A stretch of 64,000 nucleotides of DNA from Malacoraja senta (Eukaryota), in assembly GCA_038087875.1 (NCBI GenBank), contig CM075992.1:3226001-3290000 (forward strand). Direction: 5' to 3'. Position 1 is the first letter of the stretch. Every line of letters starts with the position of its first letter. This document shows, piece after piece, positions 49,324 through 61,416 of the stretch. The notes beneath the pieces were generated by a model. The model saw only the letters and a program-made list of their open reading frames with translations, was not told the DNA's origin and searched no databases. The translations under genes were made by a program, and so were the position numbers.

Positions 49324-49651
49324 AAGCCCTGTCCCACGGTACGAGTTCATTCCATGATTCCTCCCGAGTTTGCCCTGATTCGAACTCGGAGATTTACGGT
49401 AATGGCCACTCGTCGGTACTCGGGGCTCTCGTGGACATTTCTCAACGTGTTGAAAAATCTTCAAGAGCCTTCCTATGCTTCCCTGCCGTTAGCGAGTCTT
49501 CCCGAGTACCTGCCGTTCCCGTTACGAGCCGCTAAGAGATGTCCCCGAGCTCCGACGTACCCGCTACGTTCATTCTCCGTGCTTACCACGAGTTTGATTT
49601 TTTAATCTCGGGAGAGCTCTTGGAATGAACTCGTACCGTGGGACAGGGCTA
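49324..49651. mobile_element. Harbinger-like MITE
   Basis: Perfect 30-bp TIR AGCCCTGTCCCACGGTACGAGTTCATTCCA at 49325-49354 and 49621-49650; flanks TCA/TTA. Confidence 0.8.
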
Positions 49652-50985
49652 TTATTCAACTTCACCTCCCTTCCTGTGGTTATCCAAACTCTCCATTTTA
49701 TCAAATCACTCCTGTGCTCCCATCCATAGGTCCCAACAGGTAGCAGGTCCCATAGAAGAACAGGTAGCAGGTCCCAGGTAAGAACAGGTAGCAGCATTTT
49801 GTACTTTCTCCCCGTGACCTGCGTGGGTTTTCTCCGAGATCTTTGGTTTCCTCCCACACTCCAAAGACATACAGGTTAATTGGCTTGGTAAAATGTAAAA
49901 ATTGTCCTTAGTTGGTATAGGATTGTGTTAATGTGCGGGGATCGCTGGTCGGCCGAAAGGGCCTGTTTCCGCGCTGTATCTCCAAACTAAACTAAAAAAG
50001 TTCCATTGAAGAACAGATATTTTGTTCTTTGGTTGGTTGTTGGTTATTGGTTTATTGTTGTCACAAGTATTGAGGTACAGTGAAAAGCTTTTGTTTGCGT
50101 GCTATCTGATTAAATCAGAAAAAACTATCCATGAAACAGTCAAGCCTAACACAAGTGCTGCAGAGGCAGTTGAGGCAGATTTAGTTTGGTTTAGAGATAC
50201 AGTGCGGAAACAGGCCCTGCTGCCTATCGAGTCCATGCCGACCAGCGATCCCCGCACACTAACACTATCCTACACACACTAGGGACAAGTTACACTAATA
50301 CCAAGCCAATTAACCTACAAACCTGGACGTCTTTAGAGTGGTACTGTCGCAACATTTAACATTCGGACAGGTTTGGAGGATGTGGGCCAAATGCAGGCAG
50401 GTGGGCCTAGTATAGGTGGGACATATTGGTCGGTGTGGGCAAGTTGGGCCTGTTTCTACGCTGTATGACTCTAAATATACGAAGAAGGAAGAGAAAAATA
50501 CCAGAGTACTGAATTCTCAGTAGTTTCTCAGAATTGTAGTGTAACAGTTCCAGAGAAAATGTCCAACCTCCACAGAGATAGGTTGGAAGATCAGGCCCAC
50601 CGAGTCCGTGCCGACTGATCACTCGTTCACTAGTTCTATCCCACGTACTGGGGACAATTTACAGAAGCTCCGAAGTACAATTTTTACCAACACCAATTAA
50701 CCTACAATCCTGTGCGTCTTTGGAGTGTGGGAGGCAACCGGAGAAAACTGACGCGATCACAGGGAGAAGGTACAAACTCCGCACAGGCAGCACCCGTAGT
50801 CAGGATGGAACCCGGGTCTCTGCGCTGTGAGGCAGCAACTCTACCGCTGCGCCGCCCGTCTCTCCTCTGCACCATTGAAAATGAGGGTTATAGGACGGAA
50901 CTGCAAATGCTGGTATAAATCAAAGATAGACGCAAAATGCTGGAGTAACTCAGCAGGACAGGCAGCATCTCTGGAGAGAAGGAAT

Positions 50986-51020
50986 GGTGACGTTTCGGGT
51001 CGAGACCCTTCTTCAGACCC
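50986..51020 (-). ncRNA. Minimal hammerhead ribozyme-like motif, sense to the MAN2B1 pre-mRNA
   Basis: Minus strand GGGU-CUGAAGA-A-GGGUCUCGACCC-GAAAC-GUC-ACC; stem I GGU/ACC. Confidence 0.6.
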
Positions 51021-51180
51021 AAGACCGTGAAAAGGAGGGGGGGCACAGATCTTTTCCCAGTTCTGATGAGGGGCTGTTGGCCCAGACTATTCACCGTCTC
51101 CCACTCTAGAACTGCAGGGGCAGCAAATGCAGGCAATAACTTAGGAATGGTCTATTGAGGCTTGGAATTGGCGGACTAAC

Positions 51181-51282
51181 CTTCTACAGAATTCCAGGTG
51201 AGTCGGGACATGTCCTTTCTCCGCTGGTTGAAACCCAGAGACATTTCTTCAACCGACTTGATCTCAAACGCAGAGAAAACCG
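51181..51282 (-). CDS. MAN2B1: MAN2B1 penultimate exon (apparently 1 nt short at its 5' end)
   Basis: ttcAG/GTTAGT bounded, 102 nt: VFSAFEIKSVEEMSLGFNQRRKDMSRLTWNSVE. Confidence 0.85.
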
Positions 51283-52978
51283 CTGAATGAAAAAGAGAGA
51301 TATAGAATTAGACGCCAGCTCTATCGTTAGCTGTTTTCTGCTTACCCCCCCCTCTCCCCTTGAATTTGGATGTAAATCTTCTCCAAGCAGTCTATGTAGA
51401 CCATGCTTTGAATGGCAGCGGGTATGAAACATAACATACATAGTGTGGAGGAAGGAACTGCAGGTGCTGGTTTAGACTGACGATAAGACACAAAGTGCTG
51501 GAAGGGGTGAGGGAAGATCAGAACTTGCACAGACAAACTCTGTCCTGCAATAATGAATGTACTTCGACAAACTTGCTGTGCGGGATATGAGCAAGGATTC
51601 ACTCCCTACCACTGGTACTTTATAATTGGTCCAAGGTCAGGTTTCAGAGCAACAGGGGTATTAAATTGGCGTTGGAAGGAACTGCAGATGCTGGTTTACC
51701 CCGAAGGTAGACACAAAATGCTGGAGTAACTCAGCGGGACAGGCAGCATCTCTGGAGAGAAGGAATACGTGATGTTTTGGGTTGGAACCCTTCTTCAGCC
51801 TGAAAGTGGGGGTGGGTGGGGTGGGGAATAAAGTGGGGGTGGGTGGGGTGGGGGAATAAAGTGGAGGTGAGTAATGGTCAGAACATTTTTGGGCTGGCAA
51901 CAGATGTCCACAGAAAGGGTGGATAGGGTGCCTAACAGTTGGCAAGGGAAGGTATGATAACAAGAAGGGGGAGGAAACCCACGTGATCACAGGAGAACAT
52001 GCAAACTCCACACGGACAGCACCCGTAGTCAGGATCGAACCCTGGTCTCTGGCGCTGTAAGGCAGCAACTCTACCGCTGCGCCACCGTGCCGCCCAAAGT
52101 CTCGCTTGTTCTGAGATACAGGGAAATATGGTTATCAGAGGACAGGGCTGTAGCCACAGAAGGCTGTGGAGGCCAAGTGAATGGGTATTTTTAAGGCAGC
52201 GATAGATAGATTCTTGATTAGTACGGGTTACGGGGAGAAGGCAGGTGAATGGGGTTAGGAGGGGGAGATAGATCAGCCATGATTGAATGGCAGAGTAGAC
52301 TTGATGGGCCGAATGGCCTAAATCTGCTGCCACCACAGGAAACTCAGAGAAAGCACGAGTACAGTCAAACCGCACAGGATCGTAACAGGTTCTAGAGGCA
52401 TGGAGGATGTGGGAAAAGCAAAAGAAAAACAGAATGTGAAGACACAAGAGACTGCAGATGCTGGAATCTCCAGCAAAGAATAAAGTGCTGGAGGAACATC
52501 AGCAGGCCAGGCTGGGGAGAGAAATGGATAAATGATGTTTCGGGGTCAAGAGCCTTCTTCCGACTGAAGAAGTCTGAAGAGAGGGTAGACAAAAATGCTG
52601 GAGAAACTCAGCGGGTGAGGCAGCATCTACGGAGCGAAGGAAATAGGCAACGTTTCGGGCCGAAACCTTTCTTCAGACTGATGTGAGGGTGGGGGGGGGG
52701 GGGGCGGGAAGTCTGAAGAGAGGTTGTACATGGGGTTCTACTTCTGCGCCAATGTGCCACACCTCATTCACAGCTGTAACTGCACTTTGGGTCAGCCCAT
52801 ATTCACTACAAAGTTTATACTCCATTGTATCGCCCTTTTAGGCTCACCCTACTTTAACTCCCAGCTCTTTGGACTGGTGGGATAAAAATTAACATGTTCA
52901 CATACAACAGAGATCTTCTCCACCTCCCCCTCTCACTGCCAGTCCATGGCTGTCCGCAAATACAGACGAGGAACCTAC

Positions 52979-53128
52979 AGACAGGTTGACAGTCTGGGGC
53001 TTGGAGTAGACTTGGCTCTCTCCCACTTCAAACTGATGCTCCAGCCGTAAGACCACCGTCTCGTTGTCCCACTGAGCCAGCGAGAGGAGGTGGATGTTGT
53101 GAGGTAGCTCCTCCTTCAGGGCTGTGAA
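52979..53128 (-). CDS. MAN2B1: MAN2B1 internal exon
   Basis: AG/GTAGGT bounded, 150 nt: FTALKEELPHNIHLLSLAQWDNETVVLRLEHQFEVGESQVYSKPQTVNLS. Confidence 0.93.
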
Positions 53129-53306
53129 CTGCAAGAGCCAGAGAAACAAGGTCCTTGTGAAGTGAAAATGAAAAACAACAGTCCATCGTGTACAAAATCA
53201 TAGATCGGGTACCTGTAAACTCCGCAAAGACAGCACCCGAGGTTAGCTCTGCCAGCTGCGCCACTGTGCTGCCCCTTCGGTGAATGGTATCTCCTGGATA
53301 TACTTA

Positions 53307-53659
53307 AGGGGCCTGTCCCACTTTCCCGAGTTATTCACAAATTCTCCTGACTTATTCACGAATTCTCCCGAGTTTACAAACTCGCAGAATGTTCGTAACG
53401 AGTCCGTAGGAGTCCGTGGATATATCGTCGCGGCTCGTTACGCCAGCCGTAGGTACTCGGGGCTATTTTTTTACTCGTGGACATTTTTCATCGGGATGAA
53501 AAAAACGTCCCGACTTACCTGATGCCCCGAGTACCTACGGCTGGCATAACGAGCCGCTACGGTATGTCCACGGACTCCTCCGGACTTGTTACGAACATTC
53601 TGCGAGTTTGAAAACACGGGAGAATTCGTGAATAACTCGTGAAAGTGGGACAGGCCCCT
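53307..53659. mobile_element. Harbinger-like MITE
   Basis: TTA-AGGGGCCTGTCCCACTTTC...GAAAGTGGGACAGGCCCCT-TTA; about 40-bp TIR and a perfect 3-bp TSD. Confidence 0.85.
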
Positions 53660-55284
53660 TTAATCAGGGCAGCGCTGTTGCCACAGAAGGCTGTGGAGGC
53701 CAAGTCAATGGGTATTTTTAAGGCAGCAATAGATTCTTGATTAGTATGGGTGTTGGGGGTTACGGGGAGAAGGCAGGTGAATGGGGTTAGGAGGGTGAGA
53801 TAGATCAGCCATGATTGAATGGCAGAGTAGACTTGATGGGCCGAATGGCCTAAATCTGCTGCTATCACATGAACTTGCTGCCCCCCGTGGTCCAAACTTC
53901 CATCCCCACTGTAATACTGAGGCTCTATAAGGCCGCATATGGAGTACTTTGGACACATTTGGGCCCCATATCTGAGGAAGGATGTGCCGGCTCTGGAGAG
54001 GGTCCAGAGGAGGTTTACAAGAATGATTCCAGGAATGAGTGGGCTAGCATATGATGAGCGTTTGACGGCACTGGGCCTGTACTCGCTGGAGTTTAGAAGG
54101 TTGAGGGGGGGACCTCATTGAAACTTACAGAATAATGAAAGGCTTGGATAGAGTGGATGTGGAGAGGATGTTTCCACTGGTGGGAGAGTCTAGGACCAGA
54201 GGCCACAGCCTCAGAATTAAAGGGCTCTCTTTTAGAAAGGAGGTGAGGAGGAACTTCTTTAGTCAGAAGGTAGTTAATCTGTGGAACTCATTGCCACAGA
54301 GGGCTGTGGAGGCCAAGTGGTCCATTTTTAAGAGATTCTTGATTTGGAATGGGTGTCAAGGGTTATGGGGAGAAGGCAGGAAAATGGGATTAGGAGGCAG
54401 AGAACTTCTAAACTCCGGGGTAGACACAAGATGCTGGAGTAACACAGCGGGAGAGGCAGCATCTCTAGAGAGAAGGAATGGGTGATGTTTCGGGTCGAGA
54501 CCTCTCTTCTGAACTCCAGCGAGGAGAGGCCCAGTGCTGTCAAACGCTCATCATATGCTAACCAACTCATTCCTAGATGCTGCCTCTCCAGCGTTTTTGT
54601 CTAAACTCATTCCTGGAATCATTTTTGTAAACCTCCTCTGGACCCTCTCCTGAGCCAGCACGTCCTTCCTCAGATACGGAGCCATGATAGAATGGCAGAG
54701 TGGACTCAATGGCCAAATCTGCTCCTATCACTTATGGACTTGCTGCTCTACCCAGTTGCCCCCCCCCCCCCTGTGGTCCAAGCTTGCACCCCCACAGTGA
54801 AACATAGAACAATAGAAAATAGGTGCAGGAGTAGGCCATTCAGCCCTTCGAGCCTGCACCGCCATTCAATATGATCATGGCTGATCATCCAACTCAGTAT
54901 CCTGTACCTGCCTTCTCTCCATACCCCCTGATCCCTTTAGCCACAAGGGCCACATCTAACTCCCTCTTAAATATAGCCAATGAACTGGCCTCAACTACCT
55001 TCTGTGGCAGAGAATTCCACAGATTCACCACTCTGTGTGAAAAAAAAAATTCTCATCTCGGTCCTAAAAGACTTCCCCCTTATCCTTAAACTGTGACCCC
55101 TTGTTCTGGACTTCCCCAACATCGGGAACAATCTTCCTGCATCTAGCCTGTCCAACCACTTAAGAATGTTGTACGTTTCTGTAAGATCCCCCCTCAATCT
55201 TCTTAAATTCTAGTGAGTACAAGCCGAGTCTATCCAGTCTTTCTTCCTATGAAAGTCCTGCCATCCCACAGTGAGCCGGGTTAC

Positions 55285-55520
55285 CTCAGTGATGCGGGGC
55301 TGGGAGTGGTAGTAGGGTGCCTCGGGCCCCACGCCCATGACAGCGAGCGTCGCCATGATCTCGGCCTCGGCCTGCATCCGGTGGAGTTCCGCCGAGTCGT
55401 CGGCTGTGTCGAGGGAAGACGGTGCTTCCCCCGCACGACCAGACCCTTGCCGTCGTAGCCGGGCTCCGACAGCGGCTCGTCCAGCCCTCGGTGGTCATCG
55501 TGGAGTAGCCTCCGGTGGAC
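55285..55520 (-). CDS. MAN2B1: MAN2B1 internal exon with an apparent -1 frameshift near 55413-55418
   Basis: AG/GTAAC bounded, 236 nt: VHRRLLHDDHRGLDEPLSEPGYDGKGLVVRGKHRL, then in a shifted frame LDTADDSAELHRMQAEAEIMATLAVMGVGPEAPYYHSQPRITE. Confidence 0.9.
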
Positions 55521-56360
55521 CTGTGGGGACGGAGGGAGGGTACACATCTACAGCACAGCCGGCAGTCCAGACCCATCTCACCACCCCCCGCCTCCTCCAA
55601 ACCCTGCAACTTACACCACCTTCACCTGCCCACTATTGAGGGAGTGCAGCGTAGGTTTACAAGGTTAATTCCCGGGATGGCGGGACTGTCATATGCTGAG
55701 AGAATGGAGCAGCTGTGCTTGTACACTCTGGAGTTTAGAAGGATGAGAGGATATCTCATTGAAACGTATAAGATTGTTAAGGGCTTGGACACGCTGGAGG
55801 CAGGAAACATGTTCCCGATGTTGGGGGGAGTCCAGAACCAGGGGCCACAGTTTAAGAATAAGGAGCAAGCCATTTAGAACGGAGACGAGGAAACACTTTT
55901 TCTCACAGAGAGTGGTGAGTCTGTGGAATTCTCTGGCTCAGAGGGCGGTGGAGGCAGGTTCTCTGGATGCTTTCAAGAGAGAGCTAGATAGGGCTCTTAA
56001 AAATAGTGGAGTCAGAGGATATGGGGAGAAGGCAGGAACGGGGTACTGATTGGGGATGATCAGCCATGATCACATTGAATGGCGGTGCTGGCTCGAAGGG
56101 CCGAATGGCCTACTCCTGCACATATTGTCTATTGTTTATTGTCTTCCACACACTCAACCCTCTCTTTATAACCGATGTGCTCGTCCGTTAACAAGCTCAC
56201 CGGGAAGGCTGGCTCCGTCCTGGGGGAGGAGTTGGAGTTGGATTCACGGGAGGTTGGTCTTGGAGGGGAGGAAGCTCCTCAAACTGCGGAGCATCCTGGA
56301 CAACACAGCTCACCCCCTCCATGACGCACTGGTCAACCTGAGGAGCACCTTCAGCAACAG

Positions 56361-56530
56361 GTAGACAAAAGTGCTGGTCGAAACTCAGCGGGTGCAGCAG
56401 CATCTATGCAGCGAAGGAAATAGGCAACGTTTCCTATCTCCTTCGCTCCATAGATGCTGCTGCACCCGCTGAGTTTCTCCAGCACTTTTGTCTACCTTCG
56501 ATTTTCCAGCATCTGCAGTTCCTTCTTAAC
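56361..56530. mobile_element. Palindromic Penelope-like repeat nested in a Rex/Babar fragment, 15-bp TSD
   Basis: CACCTTCAGCAACAG at 56346-56360 and 56531-56545. Confidence 0.8.
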
Positions 56531-57485
56531 CACCTTCAGCAACAGACTGGTTCCACCAAGATGCAGCACAGAACGCCACAGGAGATCCTTCTTCCCTGTG
56601 GCCGTCAAACTGGACAACTCCTCCCCCTTCTGACCTGGGGTAGACTGACCCTCTCAACTACCTCCTCTGGCAGCTCGTTCCATAATCCCACCACCCACAG
56701 ATACAGCATGGAACAGGACAGAAGCATCTCAGAATAAGAGGCATTCATGCCACATAAATTGAATCAGTTAGTTCATTACGGATTACGGAGAAGATTACGG
56801 AGAGTCGGTTTGTCAAGGAGGACTCTCTCGAACTTCTACAGGTGCACAGTAGAGAGCATGCTGACCGGTTGCATCGTGGCTTGGTTCGGCAACTTGAGCG
56901 CCCTGGAGAGGAAAAGACTGCAAAGAGTAGTAAACACTGCCCAGTCCATCATCGGCTCTGACCTCCCTTCCATCGAGGGGATCTATCGCAGTCGCTGCCT
57001 CAAAAAGGCTGGCAGCATCATCAAGGACCCACCCCATCCTGGCCACACACTCATCTCCCTACTACCTTCAGGTAGAAGGTACAGGAGCCTGAAGACTGCA
57101 ACGACCAGGTTCAGGAACAGCTACTTCCCCACAGCCATCAGGCTATTAAACCTGGCTCGGACATAACACTGAACCTTACTAGCCAATACTGTTATTTGCA
57201 CTTTATCAGTATATTGACCATTGTGTATATATTTATAGAATGCCTTGTAGTCAATGCCTACTATGTTCTGTTGTGCTGAAGCAAAGCAAGAATTTCATTG
57301 TCCTATCAGGGACACATGACAATAAACTCACTTGACTCATTATCACCCCCTTCAAAATCTACATTCATTGCTTCCATCAGCCACACTGCGACTGCAGGGT
57401 GCATCAACTATAAGATAACATAGTGCGTTGGAAAGAACTGCAGATGCTGGTTTAAATCGATGGTAGACACAAAATGCTGGAGTAA

Positions 57486-57775
57486 AGCCCCTGTCCCACT
57501 TTCCCGAGTTACTCACGAATTCTCCCGAGTTTTCCCCTTGATTCAAACTCGGAGAATGTCCGTAGTGAGTCCGTAGATATTTCGTAGCGGCTCGTAATGC
57601 CAGCCGTAGGTACTCGGGGCATCGGGTAAGTCGGGATGTTTTTTCAGCATGATGAAATATATCCACGAATAAAAAAAAATAGCCCCGAAGTACCTACGGT
57701 TGGCATCTCCGAGTTTGAATCAAGGGGAAAACTCAGGAGAATTCGTGAGTAACTCGGGAAAGTGGGAGAGGCCCT
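57486..57775. mobile_element. Harbinger-like MITE nested in a Penelope-like repeat
   Basis: Host tgctggagTAActcagcggg is split with TAA duplicated (57483-57485, 57776-57778); about 70-bp TIR. Confidence 0.88.
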
Positions 57776-58060
57776 TAACTCAGCGGGACAGGCAGCATCT
57801 CTGGAGAGAAGGAATGGGCGATGTTTCAGACGTCAACCATTCCTTCTCTCCAGAGATGGTGCCTGTCCCACTGGGTTACTCCAGCATTTTGTGTCTACCA
57901 TAAGATATCATAGGTTTAGGATAGCAGATACAAAATGCTGGAATAACTCAGCCGGGACAGGCAGAATCTCTGGAGAGAAGGAATGGGTGATCCTTCGGGT
58001 GGAGATCCTTCTTCAGTCCCCGCCTCGCCCTGCCCGGGATGTGAACTAGAGGTTGTTTAC

Positions 58061-58141
58061 CATGAGCTCCAAGGAACCGTCCGTGATGCTGCTCCCTCCC
58101 TGCGACCGGTCGGTCAGCACCGTCAGCTGATTCCTTTCATC
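58061..58141 (-). CDS. MAN2B1: MAN2B1 internal exon
   Basis: AG/GT bounded, 81 nt: [27 protein letters not shown]. Confidence 0.96.
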
Positions 58142-58933
58142 CTGAAACAGAAACAGTGCCGTATGGCTAAACCCCAGTGTCCCAATGGCTAAATCCCATC
58201 TCCCTCCCTCCCCACCCTTCAGACGGTGCTCAGTGTCATTCATGGAGCTGTACAGCACAAAAACAGGCCCTTTGGCCCAACACGTCCATGCTAGCCTTCT
58301 GGCACCCATTTACATTCACGGCCACATTCGCAACCTTCCCCCTCCGTTTAGATTCTACCGTTTGTTTACATGCTTGGGGCAAATTACAATCGCCAGTTAA
58401 TCTACGTGGTGGCACTGAGTTTAGTTTAGAGATACAGCGCGGAAGCACACTCTTCAGCGCACCCAGTTCGCTCCAACCAGCGAGCCCCACACACTAACAC
58501 TTACCTACACACACTAGGGACAATTTTATACCACGCCAATTAACCTACGAACTTGTATGACTTTAGAGTGTGGGAGGAAACCGGAGCACCCGGAGAAAAC
58601 CCACGCAGTCACGGGGAGAACGTACAAACCCCGTACAGGCAGCACCCGTGGTCGGGATTGAACCCAGGTCTCTGGCGCTGTGAGGCAGCAACTCTACCAC
58701 TGATTGCGTCCACATCCCAGGAATAACTTTGGTGAACGCTAGAGGTTGCGGGGTAAGGAGTCGGCACCTTTCCCACAGCGGCGCCACCCACCCACCTCCT
58801 CCTCCTCCTCCTCCTCCTTCTTGTGGGGCAATGGATGGTTCCCCAGTCAATGAAGGGGTTTGGACCACACTTGGTGCAAGACCTGTGCCCCGGGAGGAGA
58901 ATATGACGCCGTTTTAACCGAGTCCAGATTTAC

Positions 58934-59021
58934 CTTCATGTAGATACGGCTATTAACGGGGTAGTAGTTCCCAGCCACGGGCTCCGTTTGGTTCAATTGC
59001 CACGTCGGTCGATAATTTCTC
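58934..59021 (-). CDS. MAN2B1: MAN2B1 internal exon
   Basis: AG/GT bounded, 88 nt: [29 protein letters not shown]. Confidence 0.96.
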
Positions 59022-59328
59022 CTTGGAGGCAAAAGAACAATCATAGACAGACACAACATGTTGGAGTAACTCAGCGGGACAGGCAGCATCTCTGGAGAGT
59101 AGGAAGGGGTGACGTTTCGGGTCGACCATCTTTGGACTTTATCTTGTACTAAACGTTATTCATGTTATCATGTATCTTCGTATACGGCTTCCTGACCCGC
59201 TGAGTTGCTCCAGCACTTTGTGTCTATCTTTGGTGTAAACCAGCATCGACCCAGTGCCAAGATGCTGTCTGAAGAAGGGTCCCGACCAGAAACGTTGCTT
59301 ACCCATTCTCTCCACACATGCTGCCTAA

Positions 59329-59893
59329 TGCCCCTGTCCCACTTATGAAACCTGAACGGAAACCTCTGGAGACTTTGCGCCCCACCCAAGGTTTCCGTGC
59401 GGTTCCCGGAGGTTTTTGTCAGTCTCCCTAATGGTCGAAAGTGGTTTCCGCTTCTTCTTTGTTCCGGCGATTGTTTCAAAAAATTCAAAACCGGCCGCGA
59501 CTAAAAATAGGTTGCCGTTTAAAAAATCGGTAATTTTTTAGTCGAAGCCGGTTGTGATGCTAGTTGAAGGTGGTTGCCGGAGGTTGCAGGTGGTTGCCGG
59601 AGGTTGCAGGTAGTGGAAGGTCTTACCACTACCTGCAACCTCCGGCAACCACCTTCAACTAGCATCGCAACCGGCTTCGACTAAAAAATTACCGATTTTT
59701 AAAACGGCAACCTATTTTTAGTCGCGGCCGGTTTTGAATTTTTTGAAATAATCGCCCGAACATAGAAGAAGCGGAAACCACTTTCGACCATTAGGGAAAC
59801 TGACAAAAACCTCCGGGAACCGCACGGAAACCTTGGGTGGGGCGCTAAGTCTCCAGAGGTTTCCGTTCAGGTTTCCTAAGTGGGACAGGGGCA
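59329..59893. mobile_element. 565-bp foldback (near-perfect palindrome) Harbinger-like MITE
   Basis: TAA-TGCCCCTGTCCCACT ... AGTGGGACAGGGGCA-TTA; arms are complementary up to a centre near 59620. Confidence 0.9.
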
Positions 59894-60116
59894 TTACCCA
59901 CCAGGTTCTTCCAGCGCTTTGTGTCTTGCCCGAGATAATAGGTAGACAAAAATGCTGGAGAAACTCAGCTGGTGAGGCAGCACCTATAGAGCGAAGGAAA
60001 TAGGTGACCTTTCAGGTCGAGACCTTTCTTCAGACGAAATAATACGAAATAAATCAGACGAAATGGCCGAGATAATACTTGTGTTTACAAAGAGGATTCT
60101 CCGGCAAGGTTCTTAC

Positions 60117-60218
60117 CTTCGTTTTAAGATTTCTCTCCCGTTGGAATCGGTGTAGAAGATTCCCGCTGTGTTTAAGGGTGTGTCAAAGCGACTGATGATT
60201 TCTTTGCCGATTAAATCA
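60117..60218 (-). CDS. MAN2B1: MAN2B1 internal exon
   Basis: AG/GTAAG bounded, 102 nt: [33 protein letters not shown]. Confidence 0.96.
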
Positions 60219-61297
60219 CTAAAGGTTCGGAGAAAGATGTGGTTTAATGTCCTGCTTTTCCAACTGATTCCACCAGAGGGAGCAAGAAGAGATGCATCTT
60301 TGATTATTGGTCTATTATTGGTTTTAGTTTTAGTTTAGTTTAGAGATACAGTGCGGAAACTGGCCCAAATCCACGCCGGCCACTGATCCCTGCACGCTAA
60401 CACTATCCCACACACACACTGGCGACATTTTACAGTTACACCAGGCCAATTAACCTACAAACCTGCACGTCTTTGGAGTGCAGGAGGAAACCGAAGATTT
60501 CGGAGAAAACCCCTTTGCGGGTCACTGGGAGAACGTACAAACTCCGAGATGGACAAGATGGGAACAGCTCCATCCAAAACCGCACGGAACTGCCGCGGAA
60601 CAACTAGTAACAGGTGTCCCTTTTTTTTAATTTATTTCAAAATATACTTTATTCGAGAAATAAATATATCCAATACATGATCCTTACAAAACTCCATCCG
60701 ACATTCTCTAAGGCTATACATACATGAATGAATGAATGAATGAATAAGTTTATTGGCCAAGTATTCACATACAAGGAATTTGCCTTGGTGCTCCGCCCGC
60801 AAGTGACAACATGACGTACAGTGACAGTTAGGAATGGCTCATAAAACATTAAACATTAATAATAAAACATTATCGATTAAATGTGAATTAAATAAAATAC
60901 CAGAGCAAAATGAGGCTACGGATGTTTGGTTATTGAGTAGAGCTACTACTCGTGGATAAAAACTGTTTTGATGTCTGGCTGTGGCGGCTTTGACAGTCCG
61001 GAGTCGCCTTCCAGAGGGAAGTGAGTCAAAGAGTTTGTGGCCAGGGTGAGAGGGGTCAGAGATGATCTTGCCCGCTCGCTTCCTGGCCCTTGCAGTGTAC
61101 AGTTCGTCAATGGAGGGAAGGTTGCAGCCAATAACATTCAATACTGCTTACACAAATGATACAACTTTATCCCCCACCCTTGCCACTCACGTGAACCACT
61201 GGCGTGGAATCCCTTCCCTTATTTTTGAGGGGCGTCTCCACCACACCCTGCCCCCCCCTCCCCCCCATGTCCAGCAGCGGAAGGACCCTATACTTAC

Positions 61298-61416
61298 TTC
61301 ACAGGAATCGGCCCCACAGTCCATTCCAGTTCCACAAACTTCTGCTTCTTGTACAGCCGCACTACCTGGGAGCACCAGGGCGTGAAGTTCTGATACACTT
61401 CCTGAAACAACTCTGT
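61298..61416 (-). CDS. MAN2B1: MAN2B1 internal exon
   Basis: AG/GTAAGT bounded, 119 nt: [39 protein letters not shown]. Confidence 0.96.

Noticed and set aside
49730..49795. Three roughly 24-bp tandem units (AACAGGTAGCAGGTCCC...), superficially like a repeat-spacer array
   Set aside because: Simple local tandem duplication without unique spacers in a vertebrate intron; not CRISPR.
56747..57166. 139-aa ORF and similar ones at 2641-3003 and 40839-41174
   Set aside because: C-terminal fragments of Rex/Babar LINEs, not host genes; no RT core present.
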